Shown here piece after piece: positions 13,445-22,822 of a stretch of 64,000 nt of DNA (its first letter is position 1; every line of letters begins with the position of its first letter). The notes under the pieces were generated by a model. It saw only the letters and a program-made list of their open reading frames with translations, did no database searches and was not told where the DNA came from. The stretch is from Tubulanus polymorphus. Lineage: Eukaryota; Animalia; Nemertea. Both the position numbers and the translations under genes were made by a program. The DNA lies in assembly GCF_964204645.1 (NCBI RefSeq), contig NC_134026.1, positions 15,100,150 through 15,164,149 on the forward strand, read 5' to 3'.

Positions 13445-13642
13445 TGTCGAGAACAAGTGAGAAAAATTGAGAATTGAGTTCTAACGAACAACGTAATTAC
13501 ATTTATTTACACTACACTTTACGGATTTACATATGCTCTGCTCGCAAGAGCTGCAAAACGACAATTGCCGTACATATACCATACAGTCGATCATGCGCAC
13601 TAGTCGCGGCGCGAAAACCTTGGCGGGAAAATATTCCCGACA
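13445..13642 (-). repeat. 3' LTR of BEL/Pao retrotransposon (198 bp)
   Basis: TGTCG...CGACA ends, PPT GGGCCGGGAGTA immediately upstream on minus, AATAAA inside. Confidence 0.75.
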
Positions 13643-14533
13643 TACTCCCGGCCCAAACAGGTTGTACAAATAGACAGAAAACGAATTCCATCTAGATTAC
13701 GCCTGGTTAGATTGAAGTTACAAACTACAAATTACAAAACATGTGTGAACATAATTAATTATTACAATCGCGATAATTACGGTATCGTCGAATACACAGT
13801 TCATTGTGTCGAATTCAAACTATTCATTTCACGGATATTTTTACGTGCGATCCGCGCAGCACAGCGCTGCGGCCGGGCTGAGTGCAACTCCGAACCGAGT
13901 TCCGGACCACGTTCGACTGTCCGTTGATTCACCTCCGAAGGACCGGCATTTACCTCTAGCGGATAGAGTTTTGTTAACGGTCTACTAGTCGTTCCTGTTG
14001 TGGTTTTAAGTAACGCTGAACGCACGACGTTGTCCCGGCCGAAATTTAAACCGTTGACTCTCCCAAGCCTGCAGTCGACTCGCGGTCCATCATTATGAAT
14101 TAGGACGACGTCCCCAACGCGAACGCTTTAACTCCGACTTCAGGAATTAACGCAAACGAGTCTCACGCAAAGCTGTAAGTTAGACATGTTGCCATCTTTT
14201 CACGAAATGCTGATACAGGTGAGCTCGGTGCTTAGCTCTGTATTGAATAGCTGTCTCTTTGAACTCCGGATTGCGCAGATTATCGACGTTTACGACGGAA
14301 TACGGTACGGTTGATTTACGGCGTCCCTGAAACAATTGGGACGGTGTTATCGGATCAGGGTCGTTTAAATCACTGGACACGTACGTCAACGACCTATCAT
14401 TTAACACCGCTTCGATTTCGGTCACTATGGTTGCATGTTCGCCTCGATCGAGTTTGTTACGATGTAGAACTTTTCTCAGTAGCCGTTTGGTCATTCCAAT
14501 TAACCTTCCCCATAGACCCCCGAACCAAGGAGC
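13643..14533 (-). pseudogene. BEL/Pao pol 3' fragment (integrase core end + DUF5641-type tail)
   Basis: APWFGGLWGRLIGMTKRLLRK, EIEAVLNDRSLTY, PITPSQL, VGDVVLIH and RPLTKLYPLE. Frameshifted and cut off abruptly at 14533. Confidence 0.88.
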
Positions 14534-14555
14534 TAGGGTTAGGGTTAGGGTTAGG
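14534..14555 (+). repeat. Interstitial telomeric tract (TTAGGG)~3.5 at the BEL/PLE junction
   Basis: TAGGGTTAGGGTTAGGGTTAGG. Confidence 0.9.
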
Positions 14556-14669
14556 TTTAGAGATAGAGGTTAGGGGACCAAACCGAAGGTTTGGAGACCC
14601 CACTAGTGCACGGGCAGCGGGTTATCCCTGTAAAAAAGTAGTGAGAGTTAATTGTTGTAGTGAGGCGGT

Positions 14670-17007
14670 CTACGGGACGTTCATGCCTCGGGGTGTGTTC
14701 GTGTCGAGTCGTCGTATCCAGTCTTGTTCGGCTGCTTCGCGGATCGGTCTCGTGGAGCCTGGTAGGTGTTGGAGACCGTACACCCGAAAGTGTTCGCGGG
14801 TGTGGTCGGCTTGGTTGAAGTGGTCCGAGACTGGAGTCGAATTCTTCGTTCTGATGCGTGAGACGTGATGAGTGACGCGTTCTCGTAGAGACATTCCGGT
14901 TTGGCCGACGTACAGCATGTTGCACTTGGTGCATTCGATGCAGTATACAATTTCACGGGTCGCGCAATTAATTGTGCTGCGGATCGCGTGCATTTTGTTG
15001 TGGCTGCGGCAAACGGTTGTTTCTCGGACGAGTGGACACGTACGACATCTCGGTGTTCTGCATTTCTTGGTGCCTCGACGTCGGGTTGACGGAGTTCTTT
15101 GAGTAGACCTGGAAATAGAAGAATTGGAAACAACGGAAGTATTTCTGTTACGATGCGGTGAAGAGGGGACTCGGGGAGGGGGTGGCTCCGTGGGTTTGAG
15201 CTGCGACGAAGTTAGGAGATCTTTGAGACTCTTGTGCTTGGTGTAGGCGGTGACCGTGGTTACCTCGTCAGACCGGCCGGTGGCCGTAGCCAGTTCCGTA
15301 AATCTGGTTTGATTTTATTTTGATGTGTCGCAGTTCGCGGTCTTTGTAGCCACGACCTCTGAGTACTTTAAGGACGGTTCCGGACGCTGCGTGTAAGTCC
15401 GAATCGTTATTGCAGATGCGCCGGAACCGGAGAATTTGACTTTTAACTATACCGGAAAATGTGTGTTTAGGGTGAAACGAGGATCGATGTAGTAATTGAT
15501 GCGAATCGGTTGGTTTGAAGTAGACTTTGGTGTCTACTGTGCCACTTGTCTCGAATTGCGGGCCTTTGAAAGTGGTTACGTCCAGGAAGTTGACGCTGGT
15601 GTCGCTGATTTCGAACTTGAGTTTGATGGATCGGCTCACTGTTTGTAGGACGTCGATGAATTGCATCAACGTTTCGCGGCCGTGTTCCCAAACTATGTAG
15701 ATGTTGTCGATGAACCGAGCGTATAGCGATGGTTGGAGTTCGCTTCTGGACAGACCTTCTTTTTCCCATTCGGCTACAAAGATATTGGCATAAGAAGGAG
15801 CAAAACGCTTACCCATTGCGGTACCTTTTACCTGTAAATATGTGTTTTCGTTAAAGTTAAAGTCGTTTTTCTTCAGGCTGATTTCGAGTAGTTTCAGCAG
15901 CTCGGCATCCGGGCGTCCCGGGTTTGGGTTATCTCGGAGAGCTTGTCGGATGCTGGCGATACCCTCTTCGTGGGGGATGTTGGTGTAGAGCGAATCGATG
16001 TCCATGGTGACGAGTAACGCATCGGCGCTAAATTGTTTACCGGCCAAAATATCTAGAAAGTGGTTGGTATCTTTGACGTACGACGGGTGACCGCGGGCGA
16101 TCGGCTGCAAATAGTAGTCGATCCATTCCGAAATTTCGTAGGTTTCGGAGCCGCAGTCGGAGACGATCGGTCTCCCCGGCGGTACGCGATCGGGTACCGT
16201 CCACTTCTCGCGTTCTTTATGGATTTTGGGAAGCAGATAGAACTGCCTCTGTTTCGGATTATCGGGCGGTAATAGATATTCGGCGGTTTTTAGCGGGATG
16301 ATTTTTCGTCGAGCCATATTTTCGATGATTTCGCGAATTTCTTCCCCGGTCTGTTCGAAGATCGGTTGCTGCAGCGGCTGATAATACTCGAGATCGGCTA
16401 GTTGGAGCATGGCTTCGTGGACGTAGTCGTCGCGGTCCATGATAACCGTAGCGGAACCCTTATCGGCGGCTTTGATGACAATATTAGTGTTGTCACGCAG
16501 CTGCTGGAGGGCTTCGCGTTCCTGTTTAGTGAGGTTATCATTTACGCGACGCGTATCCCTGGTTTGTTGAGCCAATTCGTGCGCGTCGTTGCAGAACCCG
16601 GCGATTACTGGTTCTATTTCATCCGGAGCCCAACTGCTGGGCAGACGGAAACGCGGAGCCTCGCGGTCCGGTTTGTCTCGGAAGTGATGGTCGAGTTTCA
16701 CTAGCCGGTTGAATCGGCACACTCCCTTGGTGCGCTCGGTCGCGGCGGCATCAGAACCGATTTTTGGAGTCGGGCAATAAGTGAGGCCCTTTCGGAGTAG
16801 CTGATGTTGCGCCGGACTTAGGCGGAGTGAACGTGTGAGGTTGACCACCGGGCTCCCGAGAGCGGTGACCGGATCGCGTCGCGCTTGGTTTGGTGCCGGT
16901 TCTTCGTGTTCGTCGGACCTGGAAATGGAAGAAATCAGAGAAGCATTGGTTAATTCCGGTTGATTTAACTCACCAATAGTGGACCCGTTGGTCTCACTAA
17001 TACTTAG
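14670..17007 (-). pseudogene. PLE unit 1 ORF2 (RT + GIY-YIG), disrupted
   Basis: Catalytic FIDD changed to FIDN. A ~120-bp deletion with filler near 15310 causes a frameshift before the GIY-YIG domain. Confidence 0.9.
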
Positions 17008-18563
17008 TTTAAACCACTGAGCCAGTGGTCCAGCAGGGTGTTAGCTGTACCACGGTTCCAGTGGATCCCGTCTCCAACAACTCTGAAGCGTCGATCATCG
17101 ATGGGTGGTATCGCGGTGACGTCGTCGTGATTCTCGAGGAATTCGTTGAACTTCCGGGCGAACTGCTGGTGTTCGCGGGTCGTGTTGAGTTGAACGAAGT
17201 GGACGAACGAGTGCTGATACTTCTTGACTGCGGCGTTGATCAGGCGCTGTGTGGTCTTCCTGGCGGTCGCTTCGAAGTTGTTGTCGCGGTTGTTGATTCC
17301 GACGCTGATGATCACCGTATCCGGGCGATCTCGGCGCTCCGGTACAGCATCGATCAGGTCGGCGAGATGAGCTATCTTGCAGCCGGGGAAGCTCTCGATC
17401 TGGACGTCATCCGGACGGCGGCTTGATGTGATGTTACTCAGATTTGAGTCACCAATCACCAGAATGGGTCGCCGGGTTGGTGGCAGACTCCAATCCTGTT
17501 TCTTCCGACCCGTATTCGGATGACGGCGAACTTCCTGGGGCGCCATCGGTCTCGGTGTTGGCGTCGGACTTCGCGCTGGCAGTAGGCGCCCTGGTGACCT
17601 GTAATGAGACGGAGAGCTGGAAAGAGAAGAAGAGAGAGACGGCGTCGGACTGCTGGTTGGTGCGGTCGGCGTTCTCTGCGGCGGCGGCGGCGTCGGGTTT
17701 CGAGGCGGCGGCGTCGGACTTCTCGGTGGCGTCGGACTTCTTGGTGGCGGCGGCGGCGTCGGCATCGGACTTCTCGGTGGTGGCGCCATTCTGGTTGGTG
17801 GCGTCCTGGTGACATCCGCGTAGCTTCTCGGTGACCTGGAATCAGAAAAAGAAGGAGGCGCTGTGGGCGCGGCGGGCGCGGCTGCGGTTGGTGCAGGCGT
17901 CCTCGGCGTCGCGGGCTTTCGAATCTTCCGGCTCGGTCTCGGCGGCGGACGAATCTTCGGCTCCGTGGGTGCCTCCTGGTGGTGTGACCTGAAATGAGAA
18001 GGGGAAGAAGGTGGGTTAGATAGGACATTTCTGAGTTTGTCAGACAGAGCCTGACCGCGGAATTTCGACCGCAAATCCAGCGCGATGTTGAAAAGCCGGA
18101 TCGTTCCGGGGCTCAGACGGGAGCCGAAATTCCTCCGGGCCCATGTCAGGGCGACATCCTGTGCTGATAGACAGTCCGGCAGAGGATCACCCATTAGCTC
18201 AACAAATGTGGCAGCGTAATGGATGGTCAGCTCTTTCGAAACTGTCTCCATCCAGACGTCCGCGGCAGCGTGCAGCTGCACCGTTACTGCTTCGGTGCAA
18301 GCCGCCGGCCGCAGGAACATCTTCAGATGGTCCTTCTTCCTCCGAATCGCTTTCGGACCAGAGCTCAACTGGGCAAGGTGGTGCGCCACTTGAAGAGCTC
18401 TATAATAGGTTTTCGGCGACATCCCGGGTTGCTGGTGTCGCTCAGGGCGTCCTCCGCCCTTGCTGGTCTTCTCAGCTGGTGGTCGTTTCTTCTTTCGAGT
18501 AGATCGCTCCATTGACAGATATTTCGGCGAGGTTGCCTTCGTCAGTGTCAGTGCAGGAATCAT
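17004..18563 (-). CDS. PLE unit 1 ORF1: basic N-terminus, Pro/Ser-rich repeats, C-terminal SGNH/GDSL hydrolase
   Basis: ILVIGDSN (block I), SFPGCK (II), ISVGINN (III), GDGIHW (V); RSPTPPP repeats; 519 aa open. Confidence 0.85.
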   Translation of the reverse strand: MIPALTLTKATSPKYLSMERSTRKKKRPPAEKTSKGGGRPERHQQPGMSPKTYYRALQVAHHLAQLSSGPKAIRRKKDHLKMFLRPAACTEAVTVQLHAAADVWMETVSKELTIHYAATFVELMGDPLPDCLSAQDVALTWARRNFGSRLSPGTIRLFNIALDLRSKFRGQALSDKLRNVLSNPPSSPSHFRSHHQEAPTEPKIRPPPRPSRKIRKPATPRTPAPTAAAPAAPTAPPSFSDSRSPRSYADVTRTPPTRMAPPPRSPMPTPPPPPRSPTPPRSPTPPPRNPTPPPPQRTPTAPTSSPTPSLSSSLSSSPSHYRSPGRLLPARSPTPTPRPMAPQEVRRHPNTGRKKQDWSLPPTRRPILVIGDSNLSNITSSRRPDDVQIESFPGCKIAHLADLIDAVPERRDRPDTVIISVGINNRDNNFEATARKTTQRLINAAVKKYQHSFVHFVQLNTTREHQQFARKFNEFLENHDDVTAIPPIDDRRFRVVGDGIHWNRGTANTLLDHWLSGLN

Positions 18564-19259
18564 GCTGAACTAGCAGCAGCAGCAGATAAAAAAGACAAAC
18601 GCGCGGAGCGCGTTTTTAATGCTCGAGAGTGGTGGCCACTCTCCTACATTCAGGACGCGTAGGTGCATGATTATTTGCTTGATATGATGATAGGTATATG
18701 AGTTGAACTATTATGAGATGAACTAAGGGGGATGTGGGTGGTGTGATATTTGTGTGAGTGTGAAGGTACTGGTGGAAGGATTCAAACAAAGGTACATACA
18801 GAACGGACAGTTTTTATTTTTTAGGCGTTTTTGTTTGGTTCGGTCCTTATCAGGAGTTTGTTAGTGATTAGTTATAATATTTTTTTTTTTTTTTTTTTTT
18901 TTTTCTATAAATAGTGATTAATATAATACGTATATATCACAAGAGTCTATGATATAATATATGGTAGATATATATGTATATAATATGATACACAAAAATA
19001 GTGATTTTCCTCCGTTAAGGGGAGTCGCGATATAGTTAGAATACTTTGTCAATTACTATATACAAAACTTATAATTTCTTAGAAATGTTAATAAGAGTAT
19101 ATAGTTCTACTGCATATAGTTCGGTTCACGTGATGTGTTGTGTAAGGAGTAGCGACCTAGATACGGGCTACCTATATAGTTCTTGTAACACAAAGAAATC
19201 TTCCATTCAATTCTCCGACTACGCGGGTGTCGGTTCGTAGTAGAGTACACGCTATAGAG

Positions 19260-22013
19260 TTATAGAATTGACTTAAACGCTTCCACGATGTCTGAAGACG
19301 GCCATGGACTCGAAATATCGTAAAAGACACTCCTTAGTATCGGGTTATTTCGGTTGGAATTTAGGTAATTTTTCGTTAAGAGTTTAAAGCGCTGTTCCAC
19401 AGTTTCTATTCGAGCTTGCTTATGTAGGTCTGCCGTTCTTGTATAGCGCGGTTGGCCTAGAATGATTCGTAAGCATTTATTTTGGTGTATTTGAAGGCGG
19501 TCTAACTGACTACATGGGCAAGTTACCAGTATCGGAGCTCCGTATTCATAGATTGATCGAATGAGTAATTTAAAAGCAGTGAGTATGTATTCCATTTTTA
19601 CGCGGTTTCGTTTCAAAATAGCTAGTATTCCAATTCTTTTATTTGCCTTAATTAATCTCTCTGTTATTTCCAGATTCCAGCGTAAATTAGACGAAAAAGT
19701 AATTCCGAGGAATTTGGTAGAATTTGATAGCGGTATTTGTTGGCCGTGAACAGTGTGCTCAGTGTATGGGTCGGTATTTATTAGGCGACTAAAGTGTATA
19801 CTAACACATTTAAGCGCGTTTACTTTTAGCCTCCACATGTCACTCCATTGAGTTAGTTTGTCTATCGATTTTTGATGGAGATTTTCGATTGTTTTAGTTT
19901 TTACATTGTGCGTGTTCCATAGACTCATATCGTCTGCGAACAATGACGATTGACTATAATGACTAGCTTTAATTGTATCCGAGGGAAAATCGTTTATATA
20001 GATGATAAAAAGTGTCGGCGAGAAAATCCCTCCTTGAGGGACTCCAGCGTTTATTTGCCTTGGCTGGCTAATACACCCTTCATTAGCGACTTTAAAAGTT
20101 CGACCCTGTAGATAGTTTTTAAGTAAGAGCTTAAAGTTGGTTGGAATAGATAAATGATTAATTTTGTAGATAATTCCGTCGTGCCAAAGTTTATCGAACG
20201 CTTTCTCTAGGTCGAAAAATGTAGCACGCGTGCATTGCCGACGTTTTAGGCCTTTAGCGATATCATGAGACATTTTTAATATTTGATCTATGGTCGAATG
20301 TCCTTTTCGAAAACCAGCTTGTATTTCGGTAAAGAAGTTGGTATTTTCTAAGTAATCTGTTAATTTATTGTTCATGATTTTTTCGAAAATTTTGCCGATC
20401 GAGTTGGTTAAACTGATAGGACGCAAATTTTTGCAAAGTGTAGCATCTTTGCCGGCTTTTGGAATCATAGTAATTTTCGCAGACTTCCAGAATGATATAT
20501 AGTAGCCATTTCTTTGGCAGTAGTTAAAAATGTGACATAGGTGGGTTAAAAATATCGAAGGACAATTTTTAATAATCGCGTTCGTGATTCTATTTTCTCC
20601 GGGTGCTTTATTAAGTTTCAACCGTTTGATATAGCGTTTTATGTCTAGTTCAGTAATTGTTTCGTTTAATATATGACCCGTGTCTTCTTCAGTATTTTCG
20701 TATACGAAGTTTCTATTGGATTCTTCTACGAAACGTTTATGTTGATCGCTGAAGTTTGGATTAGTAGGCGTTTGAAAAACGTCGAATAAAAAGTCGGCGT
20801 ATAGTTCGACGATATCTTTATCGTTACTCGCGGTTTGATCGTTATAAGCTAAATTCGAAATAATGTTTTTTTTTATCAACGTTACGTTAATGTTTTTAAT
20901 ACCTCGCCAGAATTTACTCGAGTTCGGATTCGATGTATTTATGTCATCTAGTAGTTTTTTAGTCTTGTTATTTTTGTTGTCTCGCATAAGTTTTCTAATT
21001 TCAAGAGTTAATCTATTATATTGTGATTTTAAATAAGGATGACGCGTTTTAACGTATTCTCGTTTTAAATAACGTCGTCGTTTAATTATTAATTCTATAT
21101 TACGAGGTAAGCGGTCAACTCGTTTCGATCTTTTATTATTTTCCATGTTATTTTGTCTTTTAATTTCGTTAATTATTTCTAATTCTATTTTGCTGTAAAT
21201 ATTTTCCACCTGCTCGTTAGTAGTTAGATTTGTTGTATCGATCGCTGAGAGCTTGTCAGATACGTTGTCGTGGAATTTTGACCAGTCGATATTTCTCGTA
21301 GACAGTAAGTCGGTATATAGTTCGCGTTCGATGACTTTCGGACGCGTAGAAATATTTATTAAAATTGGTCGGTGATCACTATCGACGCTATCGCAAACAT
21401 GAAAAGAGTTTACTTTAGGGAATATGTGCGAACTACAAAGCGCTCTATCTAGAATATCAGTGTGTCCTCTCACGCGGTAATCATAATAGGTATGGTCTTT
21501 TGTATTTAATGAAATGAGACCGTGCGTATTAATAATGTTCGTTAGATTAATTCCGGCTGTATTAGTCGTACGGTTACCGAGTATCGGGTGTTTAGCGTTC
21601 AAATCACCCAAAATGAAAAAATTTTGATTCGATCGTTCAATGACTTCTACAAATTGTTGTTCGAGAATTTTTGCAGGTGGGCAATAAACCCCTATGACAT
21701 TGAAAGTACTGTTATCGTTATTTTTCACCGATAAAGCTATATATTCAGTTGAGTCGCTGTTAAAATTAAGAGTCAGTTGTTCGATAAACAGGTCACGGTT
21801 GTACAGAGCCATTAAACCCCCTCAGGATTTCCCTGTCCTCGGCTTATGGATTTTCTTATAATTTTTCGGATTAAAATTTATCGTTTTGCATTTAGTTTCT
21901 GCTACGAAAAGAATATCGATATTTTTATTCAAAAGTAATTCAGTTACTTCTGGCAATTTTTGCTTCACGCCGTTTATGTTTAAATAACATATATTCAGAG
22001 TAGACTTAGCCAT
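19260..22013 (-). pseudogene. LINE ORF2: AP endonuclease + reverse transcriptase, one in-frame TGA at 21822-21824
   Basis: ICYLNING, FVAETK, GDLNAKH and SDHRP (APE); LRPISL, QAGFR, DLEKAFD, GVPQGG and LFADD (RT). ORFs 21822-22013 and 19260-21812 are in the same frame. No RNase H seen. Confidence 0.92.
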
Positions 22014-22084
22014 GAGGAAAAGTTAGACAATTGTTTAAAAGAAAGTTAATGTGTTAGATTAAAATCAGTACATCGCTTACGATT

Positions 22085-22807
22085 TTATTTAGCTAGATTT
22101 GTGTCGCTAGCAGATAACGGTCTCGTTATTTTTATCTTACTCAGCCGGTGTGAGTTTTTCCCGACGGTATGTTCGTATATATCTTTACCGCTGATTTTTA
22201 AGTTAGTATGATCTAATGTGCTTTCGCTTATCCTCGCACAGATGTCGGATAGGCTATTTTCTTTGTTCATACGTACTCTGTAAATTATGTCTGCAATTAG
22301 CGATAGAAATGATGTTTCGTTTAGTATAATGATATTATTCGGTGGAGGGCTTTCTTTCGGTTTATCTAGTGAACTTCTACGTTTCGGTATAGGTCTTTGG
22401 TTTTTATTTTGTTCCGATGAAAAGGGTTTCTCGGATACAGATTGTTTTTTCTCAGATACTGTTTTTTTCTTTCGTGGTGTTGGTATCGGTTTCCTACGCT
22501 CTTTCGTTTCACTCGGTCTAGAGTTGGATTTCGACCTCGACCTCGACCTAGATCTCTCTCGTTGTTTCTTTTTAATTTCTTCCTGCACAAATGTGCAGGC
22601 TTTGTCGAAACTGCGGTGTTCTCCACCGCAGTTCGAACAAACGTAATTTTCTTTTATTTTACACTCATAGGTTTGGTGAAAGTGGGCGCACTTCGCGCAA
22701 ATTGCTTTGTCTTCTGTGCAGTTATATTGATTATGCCCAAACATCTGGCATTTCCTACATTGGAGTAGTGTTGGGCTGCGTCTATAAGCTACGCATTTCT
22801 TCCTCAC
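22085..22807 (-). CDS. LINE ORF1 (gag-like) C-terminal part with three CCHC knuckles
   Basis: CRKCQMFGHNQYNC, CAKCAHFHQTYEC, CSNCGGEHRSFDKAC, then an RS-rich basic tract. 5'-truncated. Confidence 0.88.
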   Translation of the reverse strand: MRKKCVAYRRSPTLLQCRKCQMFGHNQYNCTEDKAICAKCAHFHQTYECKIKENYVCSNCGGEHRSFDKACTFVQEEIKKKQRERSRSRSRSKSNSRPSETKERRKPIPTPRKKKTVSEKKQSVSEKPFSSEQNKNQRPIPKRRSSLDKPKESPPPNNIIILNETSFLSLIADIIYRVRMNKENSLSDICARISESTLDHTNLKISGKDIYEHTVGKNSHRLSKIKITRPLSASDTNLAK

Positions 22808-22822
22808 ATCATGCTGAACTAG

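Larger units (their letters stand above)
18574..22807 (-). mobile_element. 5'-truncated non-LTR retrotransposon (Jockey/I group) with 15-bp TSD and (CTG)4 tail
   Basis: ATCATGCTGAACTAG is duplicated at 18559-18573 and 22808-22822 but single at the equivalent site 29124-29138. Contains gag-like ORF1, APE-RT ORF2 and a ~690-bp 3' UTR with an internal A-run. Confidence 0.9.

Noticed and set aside
17025-18515. Antisense and alternative-frame ORFs over PLE ORF1 (and 27620-29080)
   Set aside because: Shadow ORFs of GC-rich, repetitive coding sequence with no recognisable motifs.
21822-21824. Programmed readthrough or selenocysteine at the TGA in LINE ORF2
   Set aside because: Single copy, at a non-catalytic position most simply explained as a point mutation (e.g. 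CGA/GGA to TGA); no supporting signal seen.
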